Source of the DNA: Macrostomum hystrix
Lineage: Eukaryota > Animalia > Platyhelminthes
Assembly (NCBI GenBank): GCA_950097015.1
Contig: CATNEN010000010.1
Span: 930,001-994,000, forward strand
Direction of reading: 5' to 3'
DNA length: 64,000 nucleotides
The position numbers and the translations under genes were made by a program. Positions 10,410 through 24,100 of the stretch are shown here, in pieces (within the stretch, counting starts at the first letter, position 1; every line of letters begins with the position of its first letter). The notes under the pieces were generated by a model that worked only from the letters and a program-made list of their open reading frames with translations, ran no database searches and had not been told where the DNA came from.

Positions 10410-12951
10410 TCCACTTGGATTGAAAACCTGACAGTTTGTGGCAATGCAAATTAATACTTACTTGGCATGCTGCTAGACTTGAGAAGAGAAGTCAAAGTGC
10501 AAGTCACCATCCCACTTGTGTATTCTAAATCTCACATATCTAGATATTTTAGGTAAAAGTTTTCGATTTTTCACTTACTAAATAAGCTATCACAATCACT
10601 ATCTGCGCAGATGTATTAAAAAATTAGCAAAATATAATTTTAGGAAGTTTTTAAACAACAAAAAGGCTTCTTGGGAAGACTATTGAATACTGAAAACATT
10701 AGGGCATATAGGTTGAATAGAAGCCTACAAAATGCTAAAGAATAAATGACAAATTATGAACTTCTAAAACTAAATGTTTAGGTTTTCACTGTAGCTATGC
10801 CTTGTCATGTATTACTATGAGAAGATTTATAGCTAGGCCTAGGCCCTATATAAAGCTTTGTTGAGCAGAAGCTAGACTTATAGGGATTCAGGCTTGAATA
10901 TAATTTACACCAGTAAAGCACCAAAACTTCAAACTATAAAGTTTGATATCCTGACGGACATCAAGATACAAGGCATACTACATGCCCTGTATCACTGGAA
11001 TTCTTGGGCATCTGTACCGCCCTCTGTAATGTAGCAGTCAAGCATAAACTCTTGGCCCAAGAGCATTATAATATAGCATTTATACTTATAGGCAATGGCA
11101 GTGAAACATGCAATGTATAATTCATTGTATGATAAGTTATATAATTTTTGCTGGTAAGTTTAGTAAAAAAGTATTAAAAATACGACTTTACTGATCTCTT
11201 AACATAAACTTTTTTAAGCTTCCTAGTTCGATTTGGTTGTTGGTTACTCCCTTACTGTGTACTGGTTAACAAATTTAGGATATAATGTTCGGCGAAATGT
11301 ATATCAGGCCAAATAATGAATACAAACATATTTTAACTATAGCTGATATATTTGTAATAAATATAATGGCTAGACGACTAATATAGTAATATGAATAGTA
11401 GCTTGCCTTTTGTCACTGCCTTGAGGTGAGAAAAGTTGAAAACTCAGTAATTTTGACGAAGTTAAAAGAAGATTGTTTTTCCTAGAAACAAATCTAAACG
11501 CGTTACTGACAGAAAAAAATGTACCACAAGCAGAACTATGACTATAAGCTTTCCTTCCAACATGAAATCTAAATGTGGTAGGCCCTGAATTTGCGATTCT
11601 GTGGGAACTTCTATATGACGCCACTTCACTGCGTACTTGCATTTGGCCACCTGTCTAAGCTTTATCAACATTTCTGCTGACAATCTAAGACAATTGATAA
11701 TAATCTATATAACAAAAGATAACGCACTTTAATTATAGAAATAGGAGTTTACGAAGGTGCTAAATCAAAAAGTGTAGGTAATACAAAAATAATTTTATAG
11801 ATACTGAGTTTTTACTATTGAAAAATAACTTTTGATTTATTTTCTCGCTCAAGTTCAATGCCATGCCAGCCAGCTACGTACGAGTTAGTTCAGTGTGTAG
11901 TCTTTTGCGCGTAAGGCAAATCCGAAATATAGATCCTATGTATGAATCCTTTGAAAATAATTTTGAGTTCTGTATTTCAAGTTAAGATTTAACTTGCTTT
12001 TTTCAACAAACTTTTGTAATGTCTAGTATTAGAAAATCACTCATGTAGAAAATATGCAGTTTTGTTTGTGAGCAAGGCAGGCTTGGCCTAGCAGACAATT
12101 GAATGCATTAGCTAGCTATATAATGATGCAGTAAAACTGTTATTGTTTTCTTTTGATGTGGTCCTCAATTGAGTTTTAAATATGTTGCTGTAATAATTGC
12201 TAATAATAGTAGGGGGGCCTAGCAATTACAAGAGGGCTGTTGGCAATTTCACATCATTTAGTAACACACTAGACCTGCAGCCAGTGAGGAGGCGATTCTT
12301 GCTGACTCCTGAGCACACACGCACCAGATGGATTACACAGGTATAGTATAGGCATAGGCATATAGTATAGGCATATACAGATGTGCAAATCTTTCTTTTC
12401 TTACCATTTGCATCAAGGAGTATAGTCATACATGTGCAACTTCCCAAATCTTAGCCGGCCATGCAACTTAGTTTTTGCTCTATTTACGACTTAGTTTGCT
12501 CTCATTTGCTCTCTTTTTCTCTCCCATTTTTCCTCTTCTTCACGCCTTACTTATTTGTCCTTGGTCCCCCCTTTGATTTGATGTTTTTGCACTTGGTCAA
12601 TTGGTTTTTGCAACTTACCTTGCTTGGCCCTCGTTTCACCCAGCCGGTTTGGCCAGGTGTTGTGCATGTATGAGTATAGTGATCCCTATACTCACTATAT
12701 TTCACTGTGCCTTGGTTAGAGGCTGGCCCTCAAGGGCATAACCTGCATGTCAAGCTTCAAGTTTTCTCTACAGATGCATGTGGTCCCTGACCTTGCAGAA
12801 ACATGCTCAGGGTCAAGGACCTTGGTGCAAAGAGGCAAATGAATAAACCACTTTGTCAATCACTATCCATTCAGTGGCGGATCCAGGATTTCTTAAGTGG
12901 GGTGGCGGATATGCGAGTACAGAAACTAGAAACTAAGTAATCCCAATCTAT

Positions 12952-15519
12952 CTATCTTTCATCTATGCTCAATACAAGATCTTGAGAGGATATATCAATT
13001 TTTGCAGATATTGTACTTGCAGTATTACAAATCATGTCCTTGTGGATGAAGGCCAATGCCAGTCCATTCAGCCGCTCTTCTCCCATGGTGCTGCGCAAGT
13101 AATTGTTTAGGAACTTCAGCGAAGAGAAGGATCTTTCTCCAGTGGCAGTAGAGACAGGCAGCGTTGTGTAAATGTTCAAGAGAGTGCTGATGTTGGGAAA
13201 CAGGCTATGGTCGCACTCCAAGATTGTCTTAGTCAAAGTTGTGGGCCATTTCTGTGGATCCTCCCTTTGCCAGAGTCGCATCCACTGGTTAAATTCTGCT
13301 TCAACCTCCTCTTGCTCCTGGCTTGGCAGAACTAAAGCAAAGTGCTGCATTGATGGCTTGAGCTGAATGAATGGATTTGCATGCTTCTTGGCTGTTGCTG
13401 GGATAAGGGCACTGAGTCCAGAAGCAACGTCAGAAAGGCATGCAAATCGGTCTTGCAGGTTGACCAGTAGTCCATCCAAGAAGGGAACAAAGATTGTCAA
13501 ACGCCAGTAGTCCTTGGGATCAGTAGTAGGAAGATTGGCACGATTCGTTTGACGCGCAACTCGCCTAGGAGGAGTCAAGTCGATTTCAATTGCCTTTGCA
13601 GTCTCTAGAATCTTCTCCCAGAGCTCACTGAACTTCTCTGCAGACTCTTCCCGCCACTTCTGCAGTTGCTCTTGCACATCCGCAATTAGAAACCTGGCGC
13701 TTAGCAAATCTATTGCACACTTCTGGAGAGCTTCTGCCAATCCCTTGGTGAGAGTCAAAGTTACATCCAGAACCACGATTGATACCAGAAACTCTGCGTC
13801 CATCAAATTAAGCAGAGCTTTTGCATTTCTGGATGCTTCTGGGTTGGAATGCTTGCAAACTTCTTCAAGAGCTTGCACGATTGGTATCAGTAGATGTCTT
13901 GTTGTTAGAACCGCATCGTGTCTTTCAATCCAGCGAGTGTCGCATAGGTTCTTCACTCGACGGGTATTGGCCTGATGGTTCTGTGACTTCACTATGTCCT
14001 CCAGACACTTCACTCTCTGAGCAGAACTGTTGAAGAACTTCACCAGCTCTTGGATGTTTCCCCACGTATTTCTGATGCCAGGGACTTCGCTGCTCTTGCT
14101 GATGACCAGATTGAGTTGATGCGCAGCACAATGAATGTAGATGGCGATGGGGTGCTCTTCTCTGATTATTGCTTGAGCTCCCTTGAACTTGCCGCTCATC
14201 GCACTGGCACCATCAAATCCCAATCCCACCAGCCGCCCTTCCAAGGGAATGCCGAGAGTGACGAACTGGGACAGAATGTTCCTCGCAAGTCCCACTCCAG
14301 TCATGTCCTCTGCAATGGTGAATCCCAGAAAGTCTTCACAAATTGCTCCATCAAACACATAGCAAACACATACTGTCAGCTGCTCCTTTGTGGCCTGGTC
14401 TGTTGTTTCATCAGCCAGGATGGACACAAACTGTGCATTGTTTATCCGCTCCTTCAGGCGGTCCAGAATCACTTCTCCAATGCACTCGATCAGCTCATTC
14501 TGAATCGTCTTGCTGGTGTACTTAGCATTGCCGGGTCCAGAGCGCAGATGCTCCTCTAGCCTCTTGTCTCCTGTGTCCACCATTGCTCGCATGATCTCTC
14601 GAAAGAGACCATCATTCTGGCCAGGTCAGTCGGCAGTCTCTAGCACACCATGATCGTCTCGGTGTCCCCTGAGAGCAGAGCCACTCCTTCCACAGACTAG
14701 GATGGCACGCACAATGGAGCTGAGGATATGCCTGTTCTTTGCAATCTGCTCCTGCCTCTGTGTTGCCAATCGACTGTCAATGTGCTGTTCTGGCACCATT
14801 CGCTTGAACTCCTGTGCTCTCAGTACATTGTCTTTGTGGTAGTTGGTATGCTCGTGAGCGCAGAGATAGCCATCTGCTCCCAAGAGTCTTGCGTACTTTT
14901 GCAACGGCTCATGAACTAGTCTTCCCAATTGGTGACCTTGTTGCCCTTGCTGAGTACCAAATAGCACACAAACTTTGCAGAACAAGCCACTCTTTACATG
15001 TGAGTATGCTAACCAGGGTTTGTCGGCTAGATGACTGTGCCTCAGGAATCTCTTTTCTTTTTTGCCCTTTGTCTTTCGCTCTTCAAATGGCATTGGGTAG
15101 GAACTGGGGGGCTCCCACGTTTGCGTCAGGAAGGCTATCTTAGTGGCACTGTCAGCAGCAGGATCGAATAGACCTATGTCAAAGTCAGACAACTTGCTCA
15201 CTTGTACTTCATTGGCTTCTCTGGTATCTCCATTGAACTCGGCATCACATTCAGAGGTGCCGGCTTCAGCTTCGTCTGAATTACGAGTACAAGTTGTAGC
15301 AAATTGTTCCGAAACAGCAACAGCAGAAGAACTAGGTCTCTCAGCAGTGGCAGCAGCAGCAGGAGCAGCAGAAAAAGAAATGAATCGGATCTCAGCAGCA
15401 GTAGAAGCAGCAGATAACTTTGCAGCAGCAGTGGCAGGACCAGGTGGTGTAACAAAAAAGTGCGTTAGCAATTTTTGTCGCTTTGCATCACACTCTAATG
15501 GAGAAGATGCTCGCTTCAT
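12952..15519 (-). pseudogene. hAT transposase (TTF-type zinc finger, DUF4371-like region, DDE core, hATC dimerisation domain) interrupted by one in-frame TGA at 14628-14626
   Basis: Likely ATG at 15519 (MKRASSPLECDAKRQK). Motifs LFCKVC...HEHTNYH, ILADETTD, FDGASAM, HCAAHQLNL, TRW, GERSFSSLK, RSTMGEERLNGLA. ORFs 15762..14626 and 14592..12952 are in the same frame, separated only by TGA plus 11 sense codons. Confidence 0.85.
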
Positions 15520-15799
15520 TCTTCGTGATTGTGCATCATATGTTAAGACTTGCCAAATGGATTTTACGGACTTCAAGTTCAATTGGTGTTGAGTGTAGAC
15601 AGATAGCCGTGACTGGCTCAAACTATTTGTCCTTTGTAGCAGGCTGTTAAGCTTTCGCTGGTTTTTGCAAGACGCATTGACGCAATGTACATTGCTCTCA
15701 AGTCTGAACCCCAAAATGGGGGAGGAAAAGCCTTTCAACCCCTTTTCATTCCATTCCCCCACCCCAAGTCTCTCTCAGAGTCTCAGTGTCTCTCTCACC

Positions 15800-16048
15800 C
15801 ACAGACCAAGAAATATAACTAGACTGCGCATGAGGGTAAAAAAAGTTGTGCCTTTTTCCTAGTAGGAAAAGTGGCACCCCAGTGCCCACTCCCCCACGAT
15901 CGATAATTGTGCCCGGGCCTTTCTTCTTACCCTCAGCCAACTCAGCTTGTCGGGGTCTCTTTTTTTTCCACTGTCATTTGGTCAAAAACAAGCCCAAGCA
16001 AGAAATGTGGGATGCGCAGTCTAGTTATATTTCTTTTCTTGGTCTGTG
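15800..16048. mobile_element. Nested MITE, 249 bp, inserted in the 5' region of the hAT element
   Basis: ~31-bp imperfect TIRs CACAGACCAAGAAATATAACTAGACTGCGCA (15800-15830) and TGCGCAGTCTAGTTATATTTCTTTTCTTGGTCTGTG (16013-16048). 8-bp TSD CTCTCACC at 15792-15799 and 16049-16056. No ORF. Confidence 0.85.
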
Positions 16049-19000
16049 CTCTCACCCTACTCTTACTATCATAACTTAACTTAGCTTCTCTCTTGCCAAT
16101 GGTTTGGCTAGAAATAAATAAAACCGAACCGACAATGTTCCATGGGATGCAATTCCATTCCAAGTAAAAGCAGACAGACCATAGAAGCAATGGAAATATA
16201 ATGAAGAACTTGGACTTTGTGGGTTGAGGAGCCCAAAATTAAAATATCTCCCTTCCATGCAAGTCCAGCCACGGCGAAAGTGGGGGGGGGGCGGCCGCCC
16301 CCCCCTGCCCCCCCTGGATCCGCCACTGTATCCATTGCTTCCATTGCAGGCATGCAACCAAATTTAACTGGTTTCCTGATCTAAATTATTTAAGGCCTAA
16401 AACTTATGCACAATTCAGAGCCTAAAAGGCCTAGATTAATTCAAGTAAGTAAAAAAGGTTATAGAAAGTAGCTAATTGTGCCTAATCCAATATAGAATAT
16501 TGCCAAACTTATGATTGTTAAGGTCTTAACAAAGATATAGTGTAAAATATTTTCTTGGAAGTAAGTCCTAAATTGATTATTTCAGGTTCAATGCATTGTA
16601 CAAATCCACTGTTAATGTGCAAAATCTATTGTTTTATACACTATATTATTGTTTAATTACTATAATGATTTTAAGAAATATGAAAATTTATGTGCTCTGT
16701 TTGATTTAATTTTATTACTCATGTATTTCATACAAAAGTATGAATCTTCAGGTTTATTTAAAACAAAAGTGAACAAGTAAAGATTACAAGTAAAAACATA
16801 AATTTTAAATTTGTTTTTGCTATATAAATTTAATTGATATTTTGTTAGTATATTTTTGGTGCAAAAATTAAATGGCAAAGTCCAGCAATAAACAGCTAGG
16901 GTTGTAGCCAACTGTACAGTGTGTACAGTCAATACCCCTCCCTCAGCACATATGGAGATCATGACCCATGCCACTGTTTTGGAATTGAGTATTTATTTTA
17001 GGGGTTTGAGCTTAAATGTACAATACTTATAAAATCTGCAATTTGGAGTCAAAGGCACAGTATTCAAAGACTTTAAAGCATTCTTCTTATTTGCAGCTAG
17101 AACAACTAATATTGCATTTTAAAAGATGGTTTTGGATAGCTAATGGTCTCAGCCAGGCTGAAAGTTATACTATCTTATAAGTTATAAAGTATTGGCTATC
17201 AAGGTATTACTTGAAGTTTGATCTACTTAAATCTGTCTGATTCTTTTTTGTATATTTCTGTATTTAATTTTCAAACAGTATACTAGAGTCATTAGCATGC
17301 TCCAAAGCAATTAAAAAATACCCAGATGTAGCTAGATAGCTAGTAAATAGCTAGTTCTTCTTTGAAGCCAAATTCATCTTGAATGCAGACTTTGACACAA
17401 AGGCCATATGGCTGCCAACAATATAGTGAATCCTAACAAACTTAACATCCTTAATATACTCCTTCATTAACCTAGTAACCCAGTTACTGTCAAAACAGTA
17501 CACCAAGGTTTAGAAGAAATGTTGCTAAAGTAAGAAAAAATAGAAGTATATATAAACTGTGCCTTTGTCTCATTAAAAAACAATTTTGTCCTATAGAACT
17601 TGTTGTTACATTGATCCTGTCAGCCCTCCTAAGAGAACAATATACCCTGACTTTGCTGGAAAAACCTAAAGCATATGATGCAGTAAATAATGGTGTCTTC
17701 TCCACATTGTTCCCATAATAGTTTGATGCATGAGCAACTTGGCCATATTTTGAAACAATGACTTGTGGCTCCTTGGTGTCCTCAGGATCAGGAGAGGCTG
17801 CCATAGAATTGCATTGTCTGTGACTTCTTTTGGGTTCAATGAACAGTTCAATGGTAAATTTAAAAGATAACCTTAGATGGTGGTTATGCTAGCATGATTT
17901 ATCTTGTAGTGGTCTGGGCTCTGTCTGAAATGGTGCAACCAGTGTGCTGAGATGCTTTAATTGACACCTTTAATGTCAGATTTCATGAAGTATATGTTTT
18001 TAAAAATGTAATATGAACTTTTATGGATATGTTTAGGGGCTTTTAGTTATTTTAACAATATGCTTGATTAGACTAGGTTTTTTATTGTTTATAGTGGATC
18101 ACATATATATATGGTCAAAACGTATGGGGACTTACATATCATTATATTTAAACTTATCAAGAAAAAACTACTCCTGTATGTATCTATGTAAATCTACATT
18201 ATTTCTATATAAATAACATTACTGCACATGTTATTTCTATCAGATTGTTCAACAATTTAGTTATCTCATTATGAAATTGCGCATACTACTTTCGAGTAGT
18301 GGGTTGCATATTAATTTTTTTACTTTTTACTTTCTCGTCATTCATTGCAACCCTATTCCATTCATTTAATGTGTATTTTAGATTCAAAACGAAAGCTCTA
18401 ATGGCTAGATAAGATATGAGTTTTGTTTGTACATGCTACACATCATTGCTGACGATTGCACATGCCTGGATATGCTGTTTTTAGTTTACTAATGTAATGT
18501 TCCCCCTAATAGTGCTATTATAAAGCGTGCAATAGAGCAAAGTAATTGCTCTTGTAAGCAAGGCAGGCTCATTCACGAAATCGTAGCTTTATTGTTGCAA
18601 TTTAAACCTTCACGTTCCCATACTCTTTTTATCATGTCGATGATAACAACTAGCTTAGCTCATGTATATAAACTGCTCTGGCTGGTCTGTGTTACTAGGC
18701 GAGTACGGCATGAAAAGAATGGCTGTAAATGGGTCTAGCTCAGCTCCTACAAAATATTTCTTGACAAAATGCTGGTAGAAAAGAGGAAGCACTTTGTTGG
18801 GAGTCAAAATCTTCCTTGCTGATTTTTTTACTTAGGTGCAGCCCAGCGGAAGGATCTGCTCTGTTCCCAGTGGCTCTGAGAGGCTGCCGCACCCACCATA
18901 ACCCCTCCCCAGCTAGGCTCCGGAGCCTTTGTGTTGAGTACCCTAGCCTATACTCAAGCCTACCTGGCTCCTGCTGATGCATAATTTGCACTGAGCATTC

Positions 19001-19733
19001 TCCCATTATTAGTGCTCAACCCGCGTCGGTTTCCTCACCATCGTCTCTCTACATCTTTTTTACAGCTGCGCGCCAGTCATCATCGCTGCGTTAGGGGCCA
19101 GCTGTGCCAGCCTGACCTGCCCCGCTCTCCTGCCTCCGGCACCAGGCCACTTTGCAGACTCTTAAGTCCCAAAAAGGTGCCTCATCAGGTAGGGAATGCG
19201 GCCGGGCTGTTTCCAGCGCGAACAGTGCGCAGCGAGGCGGCTCGCCCAGCCTGTCCGATTCGCTCTCGCCTTGCCAGCCAATGCCAGACTGGGCCGCCGA
19301 TTCTCAACTTCCCGGGAGCGGATGGGGATTTCCCGGCATCCGCCTACAAAACGGCGTCAGAATCCTGTCTGCGAGCCGCCCGGTAAAGCCGTCAGATTTA
19401 TTCCTGTTCGACTGAGTCCAAGCTTCCGCTGCGTCCCATCCAATGCACCCGGACTCCTCCGACAACCAGAGGCCACTTGATCCCAGCATCCGACGGCGCT
19501 GCTTCATCGAATAAATCAAATCTTCAACTGCAGGATTCGCTGCTTATCGACGCTGCGAACTAACTGCTTAAAGAAAAAAGGAATAAAAAGGACAACAATA
19601 CTCGCCCTGAGCACCTTCATAGAAGTGAGTTGTCTCTGTCGCAAAGGTCGGCCTTGCGCTAAAATAAGACTTTTCGCTTTAGTTTGGTATATTATTATGT
19701 TTTAATTAAGCCATTCAGTTCCTAGATACCAAG

Positions 19734-21101
19734 CCTGATCCTCATTGGTTGATCACCCACCCTGATCCTCAGATTGATTGATCACCCACCCTGATCCTAA
19801 GATTGATTGATCACCCACTCTGATCCTAAGATTGATTGATCACCCACTCTGATCCTCAGATTGATTGATCACCCACTCTGATCCTAAGATTGATTGATCA
19901 CCCACTCTGATCCTCAGATTGATTGATCACCCACCCTGATCCTAAGATTGATTGATCACCCACCCTGATCCTAAGATTGATTGATCACCCACCCTGATCC
20001 TAAGATTGATTGATCACCCACCCTGATCCTCAGATTGATTGATCACCCACTCTGATCCTCATTGGTTGATCACCCACCCTGATCCTCAGATTGATTGATC
20101 ACTCACCCTGATCCTAAGATTGATTGATCACTCACCCTGATCCTAAGATTGATTGATCACCCACCCTGATCCTCAGATTGATTGATCACTCACCCTGTTC
20201 ATCAGATTGATTCATCACAAACCCTGATACTCAGATTGATTGATCACTCACTCTGATCCTCAGATTGATTGATCACTCACCCTGATCCTAAGATTGATTG
20301 ATCACCCACCGTGATCCTAAGATTGATTGATCACCCACTCTGATCCTAAGATTGATTGATCACCCACTCTGATCCTCAGATTGATTGATCACCCACCCTG
20401 ATCCTAAGATTGATTGATCACCCACCCTGATCCTAAGATTGATTGATCACCCACTCTGATCCTAAGATTGATTGATCACCCACTCTGATCCTCAGATTGA
20501 TTGATCACCCACCCTGATCCTAAGATTGATTGATCACCCACCCTGATCCTAAGATTGATTGATCACCCACCCTGATCCTAAGATTGATTGATCACCCACC
20601 TTGATCCTAAGATTGATTGATCACCCACCCTGATCCTCAGATTGATTGATCACCCACTCTGATCCTCATTGGTTGATCACCCACCCTGATCCTCAGATTG
20701 ATTGATCACTCACCCTGATCCTAAGATTGATTGATCACCCACTCTGATCCTCATTGGTTGATCACCCACCCTGATCATCAGATTGATTGATCACTCACCC
20801 TGATCCTAAGATTGATTGATCACCCACCCTGATCCTCAGATTGATTGATCACTCACCCTGATCATCAGATTGATTCATCACAAACTCTGATACTCAGATT
20901 GATTGATCACTCACTCTGATCCTCAGATTGATTGATCACTCACCCTGATCCTAAGATTGATTGATCACCCACCCTGATCCTTAGATTGATTGATCACCCA
21001 CCCTGATCCTAAGATTGATTGATCACCCACACTGATCCTAAGATTGATTGATCATCACCCACTCTGATCCTCAGATTAATTCACCACTCACTCTGATCCT
21101 C
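19734..21101. repeat. Minisatellite, 29-bp unit, about 47 copies
   Basis: Unit CTGATCCT(A/C)AGATTGATTGATCACCCAC(C/T), with recurring shorter CTCATTGGTTGATC variants. Confidence 0.95.
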
Positions 21102-24100
21102 GGATTAAGTAGCGATACTTACTGTGTGGGAAATTTCTGTATATATTTTTTCTCGCTTCTCCTTAATCCTTTTATTAAATCAGCGACACCCGCCACGTAG
21201 AGCCTCATTAGGGCGATGGAAAATATTTAGAATATACTAGAAGATACACGAGGCACGGCCGCAGCTTGTGCGAATATAAACATTTCCACATATCTGACTG
21301 CAATGTCAGAGCTCTGCCTCCCCCCGAAAAGTCCAACTTTGCTTTTGCAACAAATATGCAGAAGCGGAGTACTATCCTTCCACCAGCTTCCGTTGCCACA
21401 ACTTTCAAGGAGTTGAGAATGGCAAAGTTTTCCTACCCACCCGCCCCAAACTGATGGCTGTCTGGCGTCGTTGTCTACGGTTTATTTTCGTTGCAAATCT
21501 TTCAAATGCCAAACCTCTTAACGTTTGTGGGGATTGGACCGGCCAGGTAGGTTTGGAGTCAGCCCGAGAAGGGTCTTTCACGCCTTGCCTGACACGTGCG
21601 ATAGAAATGCTTTTGGTCGTATATAGAAAGCATAGTTTTAATAGTAGCGTACATATATCGTGTAAATAGAGTGGGCACCTGCTTCTTTATTGCTATATTC
21701 ACCTGAGCGAACTAAGCGTATATTGTCCTTTTAGTCTTGATATTGCTTAACAGTAGAAACACCACGAGGGTATTTCAAGTTCCCAAGCTGATTTTCTTGA
21801 AAGTTCACCATCTAAATTAACATTTTCCGCCCTTTACGATGACGTAACTGACGTAAGATTAACATAATCAACAATAGTAGCTAACAATGACATCACGAAA
21901 TTTTAGGAGCAGAAAATTTTGCCTATATTGTTTTTTTCCAACAGACAACCCCGACAAGAATGGTTAAATATCTCGACTATGCCTATGCTTATGTTATTCT
22001 AAAAGTTGTTTCATCGGATAAAGCGGAAAATTTTTAGCCTTGAGTTCTGGATTTTCATGGCGATTCACGTCTCAATCTCAGCCCGTGGCAGAGCCTTCGG
22101 CTTTTGTTGGTCGTCAGAGAAGCCCAGCGTGTGACACGCTGCGCAGCTTTGCGTGCCCAGCTCGATGCACGACTTTTCTCATCTGGTCAAAGCAGTCCGA
22201 GAGTGGCAATGAAGGGCGGAATTCTGGTTGGGAAGCAAAGGCGTTGAGAAATTTTACATTTCTCGGCCTTGTGGGTTTTTGTATGGAGGAAAAATCTGTG
22301 TTTTGGGGGCTGGGCTGGCATGCCAGAGAGGGATTTGTGGTGTCGAGCTCATTAAAGGTGCGTCTCCTGTCCCGCCTCCACGTCCTCAAGCAATTTGCTT
22401 GCCCCGGCCTCGATCCACGTCCCGTGCGCCTGCGTGCCCCGGCCTTCCCTGATTGTTGATTAGGGCGGGAATCGCATTATTCGATGGCCTAGCCCTGGCT
22501 CCTGTTGAATTCATCAGGCCGAATTCTGTGGCGACTCTGTTGCGGCCCCTACAGCCTCGACTAGTCTCTTGCTCTACCTCATCTCCTGTGCAGCGGCCTA
22601 CCATGAAAACGGCTCACTCCGTGCTCAAATAAGAAAGAAATAAGATGTGTGCAGGGGATTGCCGCTAGCTGGTTGGAGTAAAGCCGATTTGATTCCAAAT
22701 TTATCCCACTCAGCTTGTTTGCCATGGGATGATGACAAGTTACAGAGCTCGATGCTTGCAGTTGGCAGCGAGTCACTTGACTGCCAGACCATATGTTTGT
22801 ACCAAGGACATTGTATTCAATTGTGCTCGAATAGCAGCCAACTCTCAACCAAAAATATAAGATTAGGTGAAAGCCTCCTCTCTAGCTCCCTGTTGACTGC
22901 ACGCCAAAACCCATCCTATCGCTGTCCTCTACAAAGCTCTCCCGTGTGGCCATGCAACGAAATACAATGTCTGCAACTCATCAATTCTCTCCCCCTCGCC
23001 AACCAAAAGCCGTTCGATGGCTCCGATCCACGCCGCAGAGCCACCTCCCCTATCTGCGGATCAATGAAGCGACCCACTTGTCCTCCGGCACTCTCAGCCA
23101 GCTTTTGGGCATGATCGGACCAGCTAGCTGCACTGGCTTCTTTTCCTTGGTTATCGGACACGCTCGGAGACAAATCCGGAGTTGCCTCATCCCGGCAGCT
23201 GTTTAACTCAAGTATTCTCGGTTTAGGAATCTTCGACGCGTTTAGCGGCTTCAGCTCTCCGGGGTGGGGATGTGCTCACTAATTTGAGCCCATTCTACCT
23301 GTCAGCGGCTTAAGGAATGGATGAGGCATCGGTTTTTCCTGGCTCACCTCGCAGCTCACTCCCGAGAACGGGTCAGTGAGAGGGACGGCTGCACACTTGC
23401 TTAACACTGTCTCATCTTCGCTGCCAGCCTCTCCTTCTATCGCCTTGGCTGGCCTGGTCGATGCGACGCGATGCTGAATATTGGATGCCGCTGCTGCTGC
23501 TGCTGCTTAGAGCCATGGCTAGGAGTATTTTTTCTATTATTTCGCCGTCTGCCTTGAATCTGAAATCTTCGCTCTTGGCCGTTGCGCACCGTTCTAGCTG
23601 CCCGTTTTTACGTTTTTTTAATTGAAAGCACTCAACCTTGCTTATCGATCGGCCGAGCCCGCAGCGCTCGCTGCTGTGGAACGCCTACGACCCACTGTGA
23701 CTCCGCAGAAATCGCTTTCTTCTTAGAACCCGAAAAAGCAAAGTACGCCCTCCAACGAGCCAGTGTGGGTGTTTTGTTTGAGTTTCGTTGGACACATCCT
23801 GCAGATTAGAATCGGATCGGTACAGTAAGAGTCCTAATCTGCGACATGACACCAAGTTCTCTGCTTGAGCATAATGAGGCCGCGGTGGGAGCATCTTGGG
23901 GGCCCTCTGCTGCGCATGTTCCCCTTGTCATTGCCAGCTCACGCGGGAACTGCACGGACGGTTGATCGCGAAATCGAAGGTGACACGATCTGGCCTCAGC
24001 CCCGACCCTCCCTCCGCGCTTTCCAATAAGTCACAAGTATATCCCCATCTACCAAAGTTCCTCCGGACTGCTCCGTCCTAATTTATTCATCGGAGGGCCG

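Larger units (their letters stand above)
12872..16328 (-). mobile_element. hAT-superfamily DNA transposon (Tip100/Zaphod/THAP12-ZMYM1-like group), full length, 3457 bp
   Basis: Perfect 16-bp TIRs CAGTGGCGGATCCAGG (12872-12887 and 16313-16328). 8-bp TSD TATCCATT at 12864-12871 and 16329-16336. Encodes a hAT transposase on the minus strand. Confidence 0.95.

Noticed and set aside
11462-11683. ESQIQGLPHLDFML resembling the Helitron Rep EFQxRGLPHxH motif
   Set aside because: The second His is missing, there are no other Rep or helicase motifs, and the ORF is short in AT-rich DNA.
14626-14628. Selenocysteine at the transposase TGA
   Set aside because: The position is a non-conserved loop rather than a Cys site, and the 80-bp 3' end shows no evident SECIS.
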